Assembly (NCBI GenBank): GCA_934183045.1
Contig: CAKPRW010000002.1
Location: 1-41,407, forward strand
DNA from: an uncultured Clostridia bacterium
Lineage (GTDB): Bacteria > Bacillota > Clostridia > TANB77 > CAG-508
DNA length: 41,407 bases
Reading direction: 5' to 3'
Shown here: piece by piece, positions 7,038 to 18,224 of the stretch
How the letters are laid out: every line of letters begins with the position of its first letter
How positions within the stretch are numbered: position 1 is the stretch's first letter
Position numbers and translations under genes: made by a program
The notes under the pieces: model-generated
Told to the model about the DNA's origin: nothing
What the model saw: the letters and a program-made list of their open reading frames with translations, nothing else
Database searches by the model: none

Positions 7038-8759
7038 TTGAAGGATAATTTTAAAAAATTTGTATTGTCTTTATATAAACCTGTTAAATATTTAACATTT
7101 GTTATGATAGGTAGTATGATAATTTCACAAATATTAGATTTAGTAAAACAATATATAATAAAAGGTATAATTGATTTACCAAGTATGGAGAATTTTCAAA
7201 TAACTGATTTATATAAAACTATCTTTATTTTGCTATGTGTTATTGTTTTAGAATTGATATTTTTTTATATTTCAAATATAACAAGAACCATTCATATGGT
7301 AAAAAAACAAACGCCATATATTTCAGAAAAATTATTTAATAATCTAGATAAAAAAACTTATTCGTTTTTTACGGATAATTATACAGGAAAAATATCAACT
7401 GCAATCAATGAAATAAATGATGAAGTTACTAATTTGAATACTCAAATAACAACTCAATTTATTTCATTATTGACTTCAATGATAAGTAGTTTAATTGTTT
7501 TATATACAATAAATATAAATATTTTTATTACTGCAACGATATTGTTTACTGGAATAATAATATCAAGGCTAATATATTTTTCTAAGAGATATTTACCATC
7601 AATAAAAAAGGCAGAAGAGTATAACAGAGAATATAATGGAATATTAAATGATGCTGTATTAAATTTTACATCACTTAGATTGTATAATGCAGTAGAGAAT
7701 TTTTCAAAAAACTTAAAGTCTAAAAAACAAGAAGCAAATATATATAGAAATAAAGCATCTACAAAAGAATTTACTTTTGGAGCGATAGCTAATGTTGTTT
7801 ATGTTGTAGTTTTGACTATTTTAATGATTTATTCAATTGCATTATTTAAAAACAATATGATGACATTAGGTAACTTTATATTTTTTATAAATGCTATGAT
7901 TTCTTTAAAGAGTCAAACTACTTCGTTTACATGGTCTTACATACATATAGGGGAAATTATGGTAAAATTGAAAAATAGTTATGAACTTTTGTATACTAAA
8001 GATAATGTACAAAATGATAATAAAAATGATATTCAAATATCCACAGGTAAAATCGAATTTAGAGATATGTCATTTAAATATAATAAAAGCTATGTTTTCG
8101 AAAATTTTGATTTGGAAATTAATGATAAACAAAAATTAGGTATTATAGGTGTTAGTGGAAGCGGGAAAACAACACTGGTTAATTTACTTTTTAAGTTTTA
8201 TACTCCTCAAGAGGGAAGTATTTTTATAGATAATAAAGATATATCAAACTATAATACAAATTCATTATATAATAATTTGACTTATGTACCTCAAGAAACA
8301 ATATTATTACATTCTACTATTTATGATAATATAAAAATAGCAAAGCCAGATGCAACAGACGAAGAGATATATAATGCAGCAAAAAAAGCTGAACTTCATA
8401 ACTTTATAGAAAGTCTAGAGGATAAATATAATACAATTGTTGGAGAACGAGGAATAAAACTTTCAGGTGGACAAAGACAGAGAATTGCATTAGCTAGAAT
8501 TTTCTTAAGAGATTCAAAAATTGTTATATTTGATGAAGCTACTAGTAGTTTAGATAATAATACAGAATTTAAAATACAAAAAAATATACACAAATATTTT
8601 AATGAACAAACTATTATATGTATAGCTCATAGATTATCAACATTAAAAGACATGGATAATATTCTAGTTATTGAAAAGGGGAGAATAGTAGACTATGGAA
8701 CCCCAGACTATATTATTCCTAAATATGATAATAAAGAATTTATGATAGAGGATATTTAA
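7038..8759 (+). CDS. ABC transporter, fused permease/ATP-binding exporter (MsbA-like)
   Basis: Six predicted N-terminal TM segments. Walker A GVSGSGKTT, signature LSGGQRQR, Walker B IVIFDEATS. TTG start after AAAGGAGAG. Confidence 0.9.
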   Translation: MKDNFKKFVLSLYKPVKYLTFVMIGSMIISQILDLVKQYIIKGIIDLPSMENFQITDLYKTIFILLCVIVLELIFFYISNITRTIHMVKKQTPYISEKLFNNLDKKTYSFFTDNYTGKISTAINEINDEVTNLNTQITTQFISLLTSMISSLIVLYTININIFITATILFTGIIISRLIYFSKRYLPSIKKAEEYNREYNGILNDAVLNFTSLRLYNAVENFSKNLKSKKQEANIYRNKASTKEFTFGAIANVVYVVVLTILMIYSIALFKNNMMTLGNFIFFINAMISLKSQTTSFTWSYIHIGEIMVKLKNSYELLYTKDNVQNDNKNDIQISTGKIEFRDMSFKYNKSYVFENFDLEINDKQKLGIIGVSGSGKTTLVNLLFKFYTPQEGSIFIDNKDISNYNTNSLYNNLTYVPQETILLHSTIYDNIKIAKPDATDEEIYNAAKKAELHNFIESLEDKYNTIVGERGIKLSGGQRQRIALARIFLRDSKIVIFDEATSSLDNNTEFKIQKNIHKYFNEQTIICIAHRLSTLKDMDNILVIEKGRIVDYGTPDYIIPKYDNKEFMIEDI

Positions 8760-8833
8760 AAAAATATTAAAGTAGAATTATAAAATAATTGAAAAAATAC
8801 TGAAGGAGAGATAACTAATTATAATAAAAAATT

Positions 8834-8875
8834 CCCCTAATAATAAAATATTGATTAATATTTTATTGTTAGGGG
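8834..8875. terminator. bidirectional terminator between convergent genes
   Basis: ~19-bp hairpin CCCCTAATAATAAAATATT / AATATTTTATTGTTAGGGG. Confidence 0.7.
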
Positions 8876-8912
8876 AAAAGTAGTTATGTATAAAATATTT
8901 ATTAATAATAAA

Positions 8913-9599
8913 TTATTTTAAAGAAAAAGAATTTAAAATGTCAGTAGATAATTTTTCATTATTGTCTATGTACGCAATTGAAAAACTAAATGCAGTATTA
9001 TTTTTTTCAGTAATAAATACAATATAGTTGTCATTAGTTTCAATGCTATATCCTTTTGTTCCACTACTTAATGTAACATATCCTTCTTTTTTTATATTTG
9101 TATAGAATTTTGAACCATCAGCTTTTTCTTTATTTTTTTCAGAATCTATTGTTTTTTCCATAGTAGTGTTGTTGAATTTAGTAATTACAACATCATTTCC
9201 ATTGTTATCACTAAAAAATTCAACCATATCGTTTGTCAATGAATATTGATGATTTGATAATGATGAAGGATAAGAAAATTCAATACCATATTCAGAATTT
9301 TCATATTTTTTATCTAATGTAGTTGTAGAAGTATCTACATTTGTATTTTGACTATTTTTGTTTTCATTAGAACTATTAGAATTTATGGTATTGTTTATTG
9401 AGTCTAATTTTCCTTGTAGATCACTTACAGTTCCATTTAAGTTTGTTACTTGTGATTGTAGTTCTGATGATTTTTCATTTGCTTCTATTTTTTCATTATA
9501 AAATTTATATATAAAAATAGCCATTACAGCAATTATAATTATTGCAATTATTAAGAAAAATGTTGATAAACTTATTTTTAGAGTTTTCTTTTCGTCCAT
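8913..9599 (-). CDS. membrane-anchored hypothetical protein
   Basis: N-terminal TM helix (FFLIIAIIIIAVMAIFIY), coiled-coil stretch, Asn/Ser-rich linker, C-terminal globular part. AAAGGTGG SD. Confidence 0.6.
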   Translation of the reverse strand: MDEKKTLKISLSTFFLIIAIIIIAVMAIFIYKFYNEKIEANEKSSELQSQVTNLNGTVSDLQGKLDSINNTINSNSSNENKNSQNTNVDTSTTTLDKKYENSEYGIEFSYPSSLSNHQYSLTNDMVEFFSDNNGNDVVITKFNNTTMEKTIDSEKNKEKADGSKFYTNIKKEGYVTLSSGTKGYSIETNDNYIVFITEKNNTAFSFSIAYIDNNEKLSTDILNSFSLK

Positions 9600-9700
9600 T
9601 TTTTCACCACCTTTCTTTGTAAAAATTTTTCTATGATTTTATTTTATCATTTATACTTTTTTAAGACAATATATTTTTTATTTAATATACTTTATATAAA

Positions 9701-10582
9701 TTAATAAATTTTATTTTTTCCCGTAAATGAATCTAATACAAATTCTGTTCCATTTAGATAGTTCAGTATACCACTATCAGTTTTAAAATTGAATTTTAAT
9801 GAATAGCTACAAAGCATTTGATATTTTTTACTAAATTTTTTATTGATTTCATTAATTCCATATTTTCCATCACCAATTATAGGAAAACCAAGATAGGCTA
9901 GATGTGCACGAATTTGATGTGTTTTCCCGGTTGGAATTTGAACATCTAAAAGACAAGTGTTATTAGGGTTTGTTTCTAAAATGTTATAAATAGTAGTTAT
10001 TTTTTGATATCCTTTTTTAAATGTATCGCTTATATAAACTAATGATTTTTTGGTATCTTTAAAAAGATATGCATCACATTTTTTGAATTTTTCTTTTGGG
10101 ATTCCATATACAAGTGCTAGATAGTGTTTTTCAATTTCATGATTTTTAAACTTGTCAAAAAGAATGTTTAAAGATATTTCGTTTTTGGCAAATAGAATTA
10201 AACCAGTAGTGTTTCTATCAAGTCTATGGCAAGGCATTGGTTTGTAAGGACAATAAGAATATTTTTTATGTACTAAATTAGTTAAGCTATTATTACCAGT
10301 CACTTCTATTCCTGCAGGTTTATTAATTAATACGATATTATCATCTTCGAAAAAGATTTCTAAATCAAGTTTTGACTCTAACATTTGATCAGATATATAT
10401 ACTAATATTTCGTCACCTGTATATATAGAAATATTTTCATTTGTTCTTTTTCCATTTATTTTAATATCTTTTTTTCGAAGAGTTTTATAAAATAAATTTT
10501 GAGACAAATTTGGTATATTATCCAATAAAAATTTGTTTAGTTTTTTTCCATTATATTTTTCGGTTACAATTAATTTTTTCAT
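9701..10582 (-). CDS. RluA-family pseudouridine synthase with N-terminal S4 domain
   Basis: HRLDRNTTGL catalytic motif and a KTHQIRAHL motif. Confidence 0.85.
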   Translation of the reverse strand: MKKLIVTEKYNGKKLNKFLLDNIPNLSQNLFYKTLRKKDIKINGKRTNENISIYTGDEILVYISDQMLESKLDLEIFFEDDNIVLINKPAGIEVTGNNSLTNLVHKKYSYCPYKPMPCHRLDRNTTGLILFAKNEISLNILFDKFKNHEIEKHYLALVYGIPKEKFKKCDAYLFKDTKKSLVYISDTFKKGYQKITTIYNILETNPNNTCLLDVQIPTGKTHQIRAHLAYLGFPIIGDGKYGINEINKKFSKKYQMLCSYSLKFNFKTDSGILNYLNGTEFVLDSFTGKNKIY

Positions 10583-10760
10583 GACAATATTATATAATTT
10601 ATGAATAAAAAAGGCAAGTTAACAAATAGAAAAAACAAATACTAGAAAAGTAAGAAAAAATTTAGGCATATATATTTTTTTCAAACATAAAATAGATATG
10701 TGAACTTTGTGTGAAAAATACAAAAAAGTATTGACAATTTAATTAAATGGGTATAAATTA

Positions 10761-10787
10761 TTAGCAGTCATTCAATAAGAGTGCTAA
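10761..10787 (+). promoter_or_regulatory. CIRCE operator (HrcA binding site) of the groESL operon
   Basis: TTAGCAGTC-N9-GAGTGCTAA versus consensus TTAGCACTC-N9-GAGTGCTAA. TTGACA at 10731-10736 upstream. Confidence 0.85.
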
Positions 10788-10803
10788 AATCTAAAGGAGG
10801 TAA

Positions 10804-11091
<288 letters not shown>

Positions 11092-11132
11092 TTTGTTGAT
11101 AATTAGATTGAAAAATATAAATAAAAGGATAA

Positions 11133-11187
11133 GGAGTGTCCCTGAATCCCACTAAAAGGGAATTTAAGGAACGTCCCAAAATCCCGG
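11133..11187 (+). promoter_or_regulatory. copy 1 of a conserved structured 5'-UTR element (GGAGTGTCCCT-hairpin-AAGGAACGTCCCA-N-AATCCCGG)
   Basis: Same three sequence blocks and the same 16-nt distance to the ATG as at 26087-26142. Sits in an unusually long (112-nt) groES-groEL spacer. Confidence 0.6.
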
Positions 11188-11203
11188 AAAGGAAGGATAA
11201 TAA

Positions 11204-12844
<1,641 letters not shown>

Positions 12845-12889
12845 TAACATAGATATTAATTTAAGAGAATAACATTTTAAATTATAAAT

Positions 12890-12918
12890 ATAGCAGGCTA
12901 GTTTTACTAGCCTGCTAT
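12890..12918. terminator. bidirectional terminator
   Basis: ATAGCAGGCTAG-TTTTA-CTAGCCTGCTAT, a 12-bp stem between convergent genes. Confidence 0.75.
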
Positions 12919-12919
12919 A

Positions 12920-13096
12920 TTAGTTAATGTCTAAAATTACCTCTAAGTTTTCTGATGATGTAAGATAATAATATTGATTACTTAACTCTTCTATTTCTTT
13001 TTTTAATATTGCTACTTCTTTTTCTTTATTTTTTAGTTCTTCTTTTTTATCTTGTAATTGTTTCCATAATAGTTGTTTTTCTTGTTCTTTGTTCAT
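12920..13096 (-). CDS. small coiled-coil protein (58 aa), not in the ORF track
   Basis: Own translation: MNKEQEKQLLWKQLQDKKEELKNKEKEVAILKKEIEELSNQYYYLTSSENLEVILDIN. AAGGAGG SD 8 nt upstream of ATG 13096. Confidence 0.5.
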   Translation of the reverse strand: MNKEQEKQLLWKQLQDKKEELKNKEKEVAILKKEIEELSNQYYYLTSSENLEVILDIN

Positions 13097-13312
13097 AATA
13101 AATGCCTCCTTTAATGTTTTATATTATAACACTAAAAGCGAGGAAATTCAAGTTATATACTGCTTTTAGGCTTTACATTATATAACATATTAATACAGGA
13201 AGAAATGTAATATTAAAATTAATATTATTATTTAGAATATATAATTCTATTGACTTTTTATAAAAAAAGATATTATAATAACTACGTATTAATAATGGAA
13301 AAATAATAATAT

Positions 13313-13388
13313 GCCAATATAGCTCAGTTGGTAGAGCAACGGATTCGTAACCCGTAGGTCGGCAGTTCGATTCTGCCTGTTGGCACCA
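13313..13388 (+). tRNA. tRNA-Thr (anticodon CGT), CCA encoded
   Basis: Cloverleaf folded by hand: acceptor GCCAATA/TGTTGGC, D arm GCTC/GAGC, anticodon loop TTCGTAA, T arm GGCAG-TTCGATT-CTGCC, 3' ACCA. Promoter TTGACT-18-TATAAT at 13250-13279. Confidence 0.9.
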
Positions 13389-13440
13389 AAGGATAATATT
13401 GTCGTACTAGACGAAAAAGATCTTCATCACCATAAATACA

Positions 13441-13485
13441 AAACCTTGTAATTACTGAATAATAGCAATTACAAGGTTTATTTTT
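13441..13485 (+). terminator. terminator after tRNA-Thr
   Basis: AAACCTTGTAATT ... AATTACAAGGTTT followed by TATTTTT. Confidence 0.7.
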
Positions 13486-13597
13486 GACTTGAATAATGCA
13501 ATTTTAATGCAACTAGTTTTGTTGAAAAGTATACTTTTTTCTTAATAAAAGAACATCTATATAAAACGATGTGCTTTGGATAAATATCTATTATTTA

Positions 13598-14017
13598 TTA
13601 TTTGCCTTTTAACCATAATGTTATTAAAGTAGTTATAAAAGCTACAATAATAGGACAAAAAATAGATTTAAAAATAACTCTAAGTAAATTGAATATTTCT
13701 AACTTAAAATACATTCGACCGTCAGCTGTTAAGCGATACTTAGAATCTAAGCCGCTACTTATTAGTTTTAATTCATAAAGAAGATTTAAATCTTGTTGAA
13801 GTTGAGTAGAATCTGTAAATAAACTATATAATTCATCTGTAGTGATCAAATTGTTAGAATTGTATCCTTTATAAATTTTTTTAAATATTTTTCTAGGGTT
13901 ACCAACTAGAATATCTATATTCATAATAGCCTCACTTTCTAAAGATGTTAATGTATTGCCATCTTTTAAATTAATTAGATTCATTATTTTTGTTTTTATT
14001 AAAAGTTTATTTTTCAA
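13598..14017 (-). CDS. hypothetical protein with C-terminal TM helix
   Basis: 139-aa ORF with native-like composition. No family recognised. Confidence 0.45.
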   Translation of the reverse strand: MKNKLLIKTKIMNLINLKDGNTLTSLESEAIMNIDILVGNPRKIFKKIYKGYNSNNLITTDELYSLFTDSTQLQQDLNLLYELKLISSGLDSKYRLTADGRMYFKLEIFNLLRVIFKSIFCPIIVAFITTLITLWLKGK

Positions 14018-14056
14018 TAAAAAATTTTAAATGTCAAATATGTATATTAGAGTATA

Positions 14057-14476
14057 TTAAAATTTTTCAGTTCTTTTAAGATGAATTGATAGATTCAGAC
14101 CTACAACCCAAAGGATCAAAAAGATACTAATTAATAATGAAATTGACATTTTAAATTTATCTCTTATTAAATTAGGATTTTCTTTAGAATAGAAGATGGT
14201 TGTAGAGTTACCTTCTTTTTTGAATAAAAAAGTCAAAACTCTATATTTATTAGTATAGTTGCCATATTTAATTTCGACATATTTATATTTAGTTGGACTA
14301 GAGTTATCAGTCAATCCATAATCTGTTTCTTCTATATTAGATGTAATTATTGCATTTGTTTTAATATAATCCCTAGTTCTATAGATTTCATAAAAATACG
14401 TAAATAATAAAAAGATAATTCCTAATATAGAAATTATAGATAAGAAGTTTATTAATTTTTTATTTTTATTATTCAT
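14057..14476 (-). CDS. DUF3592-like small membrane protein
   Basis: TM helix, beta-rich middle (YVEIKYGNYTNKYRV...IFYSKENPN), then a second TM helix. The architecture is typical of DUF3592. Confidence 0.45.
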   Translation of the reverse strand: MNNKNKKLINFLSIISILGIIFLLFTYFYEIYRTRDYIKTNAIITSNIEETDYGLTDNSSPTKYKYVEIKYGNYTNKYRVLTFLFKKEGNSTTIFYSKENPNLIRDKFKMSISLLISIFLILWVVGLNLSIHLKRTEKF

Positions 14477-14671
14477 AAATATTAAGATCCTTTCATATTA
14501 AAAGTTTAACAATTGCATTATATAATAAAATTAAGAAAATTCATATATGTTTATAGGAATTTTTAATAAAATTAAATGTAATATTTTTATAGAGTTTCAA
14601 GTTGGCAATTTTTAATTATGTTATTAGTAATTTTTTTAATTATTGGAAAAAAACTTATATAATAATAGAAA

Positions 14672-14692
14672 ACCACCCGTTTTACGGGTGGT
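14672..14692 (-). terminator. GC-rich intrinsic terminator of the PurM-like cassette
   Basis: ACCACCCG-loop-CGGGTGGT followed on the minus strand by TTTCTATTATT. Confidence 0.75.
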
Positions 14693-14732
14693 CTTAACTA
14701 CTTTAGGTATCATCAGATAATCGGAAAATGTT

Positions 14733-15923
14733 TTATTTTGTATAAACATGTGATCCGATTTTTACTCTGTTTTTGCCGTCGGTGGATCGTTCTGTATAGC
14801 CTAATATAGATGCTGGAATGTTATACTTTTCAGAATGTGAAATTACCTTTTCAGCATCGTCCAAGCTGCTTACGATTACTTCCATACCGATACCCATATT
14901 GAAAGTCTGGTACATATGTACATCATCAATTTTACGACTTTCCTGGATCGCTTTGAAAATAGGTGGAATTGCATCATTCAATTCATGTTTCACATAAGTT
15001 ATAGACTTACCAAAGTTGATGGATTTAGTAAGTCCGCCGCCAGAACAATGGATAATGCCGTTTACAGAAATGTCATCCTGCAATATGTCGCGTATTACAG
15101 GGACATAAGTCCGTGTAGGGGACAAAATTGCTTCGGCTACTGTAAGCGATGAACCTTCCAACGTATCTTCGAGACGATAAGGCCCGCAAAACAATTTTTC
15201 CGGATCGATAGTTCCGTCCATGGTTTCCTTATACTTGCGATAATAAGGACTCAGAAGAGCGTTTATTGCAAGAGTAAGACCATTACTTCTGATGCCTGAG
15301 TTTTCATGATCTTCATAACTGCTCTGACCATAAGAAGCAAGCCCGACGATATAGTCATTAGATCCAATATTACTGCAATCGATAATGCTATCTTTTGCAA
15401 TGGTTGCACTTGCAGTAACGTCAATGCCCATTGTGGTTGTATAACTGCCAACATCAGCGGTTTCACCACCAGCATTGTATAAGTTGATACCTAAATCTTT
15501 CATTTTACTGAAAAATTTAGAATATCCGTAGATGATTTTCTCCAAAGCCTGATCATCTACTCTGCCAGAGTTACGAGCAATATGGTTTGAAATATAGATA
15601 TCATTTGTAATACCCACACAAGCCATATCATCGATGTTCATGACAATAGCATCTTGAGCAAGGTTTGACAGAAAATCAGAGCTTATTCCCTCAGCCATAG
15701 CTAAGTAAGCAACATTACTCTTGGTGCCAACTCCATCTGAATGGATTACCTGTGCATAATTAGATATGATTTCATCAGGTAAGATCCGTGGCATAGGAAC
15801 TATTTGGCAAAAAGCACCAGGATATAATCCTTTTGATAAGTGCTTTGTTGCCTTGTGAACAGCTGCCTTTTGTGATGATACCCCAAGTTCTGCATAGGGA
15901 TCATAATTAGTTTCTTTTCCCAT
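14733..15923 (-). CDS. AIR synthase-related (PurM-superfamily) protein, compositionally foreign
   Basis: 396 aa with PurM-like blocks (HSDGVGTK, DDMACVG, GGETADVG, HCSGGGLTK). Spot G+C about 38-45%. Two in-frame CGG Arg codons. AAGGAGG SD. Confidence 0.75.
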   Translation of the reverse strand: MGKETNYDPYAELGVSSQKAAVHKATKHLSKGLYPGAFCQIVPMPRILPDEIISNYAQVIHSDGVGTKSNVAYLAMAEGISSDFLSNLAQDAIVMNIDDMACVGITNDIYISNHIARNSGRVDDQALEKIIYGYSKFFSKMKDLGINLYNAGGETADVGSYTTTMGIDVTASATIAKDSIIDCSNIGSNDYIVGLASYGQSSYEDHENSGIRSNGLTLAINALLSPYYRKYKETMDGTIDPEKLFCGPYRLEDTLEGSSLTVAEAILSPTRTYVPVIRDILQDDISVNGIIHCSGGGLTKSINFGKSITYVKHELNDAIPPIFKAIQESRKIDDVHMYQTFNMGIGMEVIVSSLDDAEKVISHSEKYNIPASILGYTERSTDGKNRVKIGSHVYTK

Positions 15924-15994
15924 AGAAGCCTCCTTTAATAATTAAATGCAGACTGCGAGTTACATATATTTGGAATATACCAAATACTTTTTAA

Positions 15995-16023
15995 ATTATA
16001 ATAGGTATACATAAAAAAGTCAA
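15995..16023 (-). promoter_or_regulatory. promoter TTGACT-17-TATAAT of the PurM-like cassette
   Basis: Minus strand: TTGACT (16023-16018), 17-nt spacer, TATAAT (16000-15995). Confidence 0.6.
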
Positions 16024-16147
16024 TACTAAATATTTTTGAGTGTATTAAATTTAACATAAATTGAGTGTATATAATAATACAAAAACGATTTCTAGGTATA
16101 TTATCAAGTTGCATATTATAAAATAGTAATATAATAAGGAGGTAACA

Positions 16148-17107
16148 ATGATAGATTGCCATTATGATTTATTAACACATATTTTAATGAAAAAAGAAAA
16201 TAGAGAATATATTAAAAAATATTGTGATGAGGTATATAATAAAGAGAATATTACAGGTGGAATTTTTAATCTTTTTTATATGAGTAAAGAAGAAATGAAA
16301 GAGGAAATAGGAATAAAAGAAGATCAAATCGATTTAATAAAAGATTTAAAAGAAGTAAAAAAATATATAAAAGAGAATAAAATAATTCCGAAAGAAATAC
16401 AGTATATATTTGGAATAGAAGGCTTGGACTATTTGAAAAAAATAGAAGATATTGATATTTTATATTCATTAGGTCTTAGATCTACAAATCCGGTATGGAG
16501 TAATAAGAATAAATTTGGTGCAGGGGTAAGAGCAAATAATAGTGATGGATTGACAGAATTAGGCAGAAAATTAATTACTAAATTAGTAAATAAAAAGATA
16601 GCTATAGATTTATCACATGCTAATGAAAAAACATTTTGGGATATTGTATATTTATGTGAGAAAATGAAAGAAACAGGAAAAGACCCAATAGTTTTTGCAT
16701 CTCACTCAAATGCAAAAGCTATTTGTAATGTATCCAGAAATTTAACAGATAGTCAAATTTTAAAAGTAAAAGAATTAGGAGGAATAATAGGAATTGTATC
16801 AATAAAAAAATTTTGTGTAGATACAGAAGATATATGTAATCCAAATATTGATTATGAACAAAAATATATAGATAATATTAATTATATAAAAAGATTATTA
16901 GGAGGAGTAGAAAACATAGCTGTAGCAACAGACGATATGAGATATTATTATATAGAACCTGAATATTATCAACACTTGAATATATATTTTCATAATAATG
17001 TAAAAAAAAGCATAGAAAATGCATTAGTAAAAAACGGTTATACCAAAGCAGAAATTGAAAAAATATTAGAAAAAAATTTTAAAGAAAAGATATTAAATAG
17101 ATTATAA
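16148..17107 (+). CDS. membrane dipeptidase (peptidase family M19)
   Basis: MIDCHYDLL (IDxHxDL), DLSHAN, ASHSNAKA and GGIIGIV blocks typical of M19. Confidence 0.8.
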   Translation: MIDCHYDLLTHILMKKENREYIKKYCDEVYNKENITGGIFNLFYMSKEEMKEEIGIKEDQIDLIKDLKEVKKYIKENKIIPKEIQYIFGIEGLDYLKKIEDIDILYSLGLRSTNPVWSNKNKFGAGVRANNSDGLTELGRKLITKLVNKKIAIDLSHANEKTFWDIVYLCEKMKETGKDPIVFASHSNAKAICNVSRNLTDSQILKVKELGGIIGIVSIKKFCVDTEDICNPNIDYEQKYIDNINYIKRLLGGVENIAVATDDMRYYYIEPEYYQHLNIYFHNNVKKSIENALVKNGYTKAEIEKILEKNFKEKILNRL

Positions 17108-17146
17108 TTTAAATAATAAAGTAAATAAAAATTATATATATCATAA

Positions 17147-17175
17147 AACACTTAGAAAAATCTAAGTGTTTTATT
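17147..17175 (+). terminator. intrinsic terminator
   Basis: AACACTTAGA-AAAA-TCTAAGTGTT followed by TTATT. Confidence 0.7.
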
Positions 17176-17264
17176 CATAAAGCTGTACAATTAGCTAAAA
17201 GTATGTTATAATAGCACTATCGTTCAAACAAAAATTATATAGTTATATAACTAAGGAGATTACA

Positions 17265-18170
17265 ATGGGATTTTTTGAGAAATTAAAGAATGGAATGAAT
17301 AAAACCAAGGTATCATTTGATGAGAAAATTAATAGCGTATTTAGTAATTTTAGAAAAGTGGATGAAGATTTTTTAGAAGAGCTAGAAGAAATATTGATAA
17401 TGTCTGATGTGGGAATGGATACATCAATTAAAATAATAAACAATTTAAGAGAGAGACTAAAAAAAGAGAAGATACAAGATGAAAATGATGTAAAACAGGC
17501 ATTAAGAGAAGAGATGCAAAAAATATTAGATGTGACAGATGTTAAATTACATCTAAATACAAAACCATCTGTAATATTAGTTGTAGGAGTAAATGGAGTA
17601 GGAAAAACAACTTCAATTGGAAAGATTGCAAATAGATTAGTAAAAGACGGCAAAAAAGTTGTAATAGCAGCAGCAGATACTTTTAGAGCAGCAGCAGTAG
17701 AACAATTAGAAATTTGGGCAAATAGATCAGGATCAGATATTGTTAAAAGAGCAGAGGGGATAGATCCAGCATCTGTTGTATATGATGCAATAAAAATAAC
17801 AAAAGAAAAAAATGCAGATGTTTTAATCGTGGATACTGCAGGAAGATTGCACAATAAAAAATATTTGATGGACGAGTTAAATAAAATACAAAAAGTTATT
17901 AACAAAGAAATGCCAGAAGCAGATAAAGAAGTATTATTAGTAATAGATGGAGCAACAGGTCAAAATGCAATTTCACAAGTAAAAGCTTTCAAAGAAGAAA
18001 CAGATATAACAGGTTTAGTACTAACAAAATTAGATGGAACAGCAAAAGGTGGAGTAGTAATAGGCATTGTAGAAGAAAATAAAATACCAGTAAAATTTAT
18101 TGGTGTAGGTGAACAGATTGATGATATGGAAATATTTAATTCAGAAGATTTTGTAAAAGCTATTATTTAA
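17265..18170 (+). CDS. ftsY: signal recognition particle receptor FtsY
   Basis: GVNGVGKTTSIGK (G1), DTAGR, TKLDG. 301 aa with a short N domain. Confidence 0.95.
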   Translation: MGFFEKLKNGMNKTKVSFDEKINSVFSNFRKVDEDFLEELEEILIMSDVGMDTSIKIINNLRERLKKEKIQDENDVKQALREEMQKILDVTDVKLHLNTKPSVILVVGVNGVGKTTSIGKIANRLVKDGKKVVIAAADTFRAAAVEQLEIWANRSGSDIVKRAEGIDPASVVYDAIKITKEKNADVLIVDTAGRLHNKKYLMDELNKIQKVINKEMPEADKEVLLVIDGATGQNAISQVKAFKEETDITGLVLTKLDGTAKGGVVIGIVEENKIPVKFIGVGEQIDDMEIFNSEDFVKAII

Positions 18171-18224
18171 ATATACTATTTATATAAAATATAAGTGGTC
18201 ATATAAAATTAGGAGGTTGAAATA

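Noticed and set aside
17243-17905. A 220-aa ORF antisense to ftsY. Similar shadow ORFs are 131-331, 1924-2169, 4702-4899, 6397-6840, 8396-8593, 10791-11051, 11887-12078, 14916-15152, 15263-15475, 15935-16162, 16266-16469, 18500-18721, 18854-19192, 20422-21121, 21127-21471, 22322-22519, 23871-24053, 24071-24472, 25170-25361, 27398-27586, 27758-29363, 30013-30231, 30998-31825, 34384-34995, 37519-37755, 40407-40727 and 41068-41400.
   Set aside because: All overlap well-supported genes on the opposite strand or lie in promoter regions. They are low-complexity (S/F/I/L-rich) and lack an SD.
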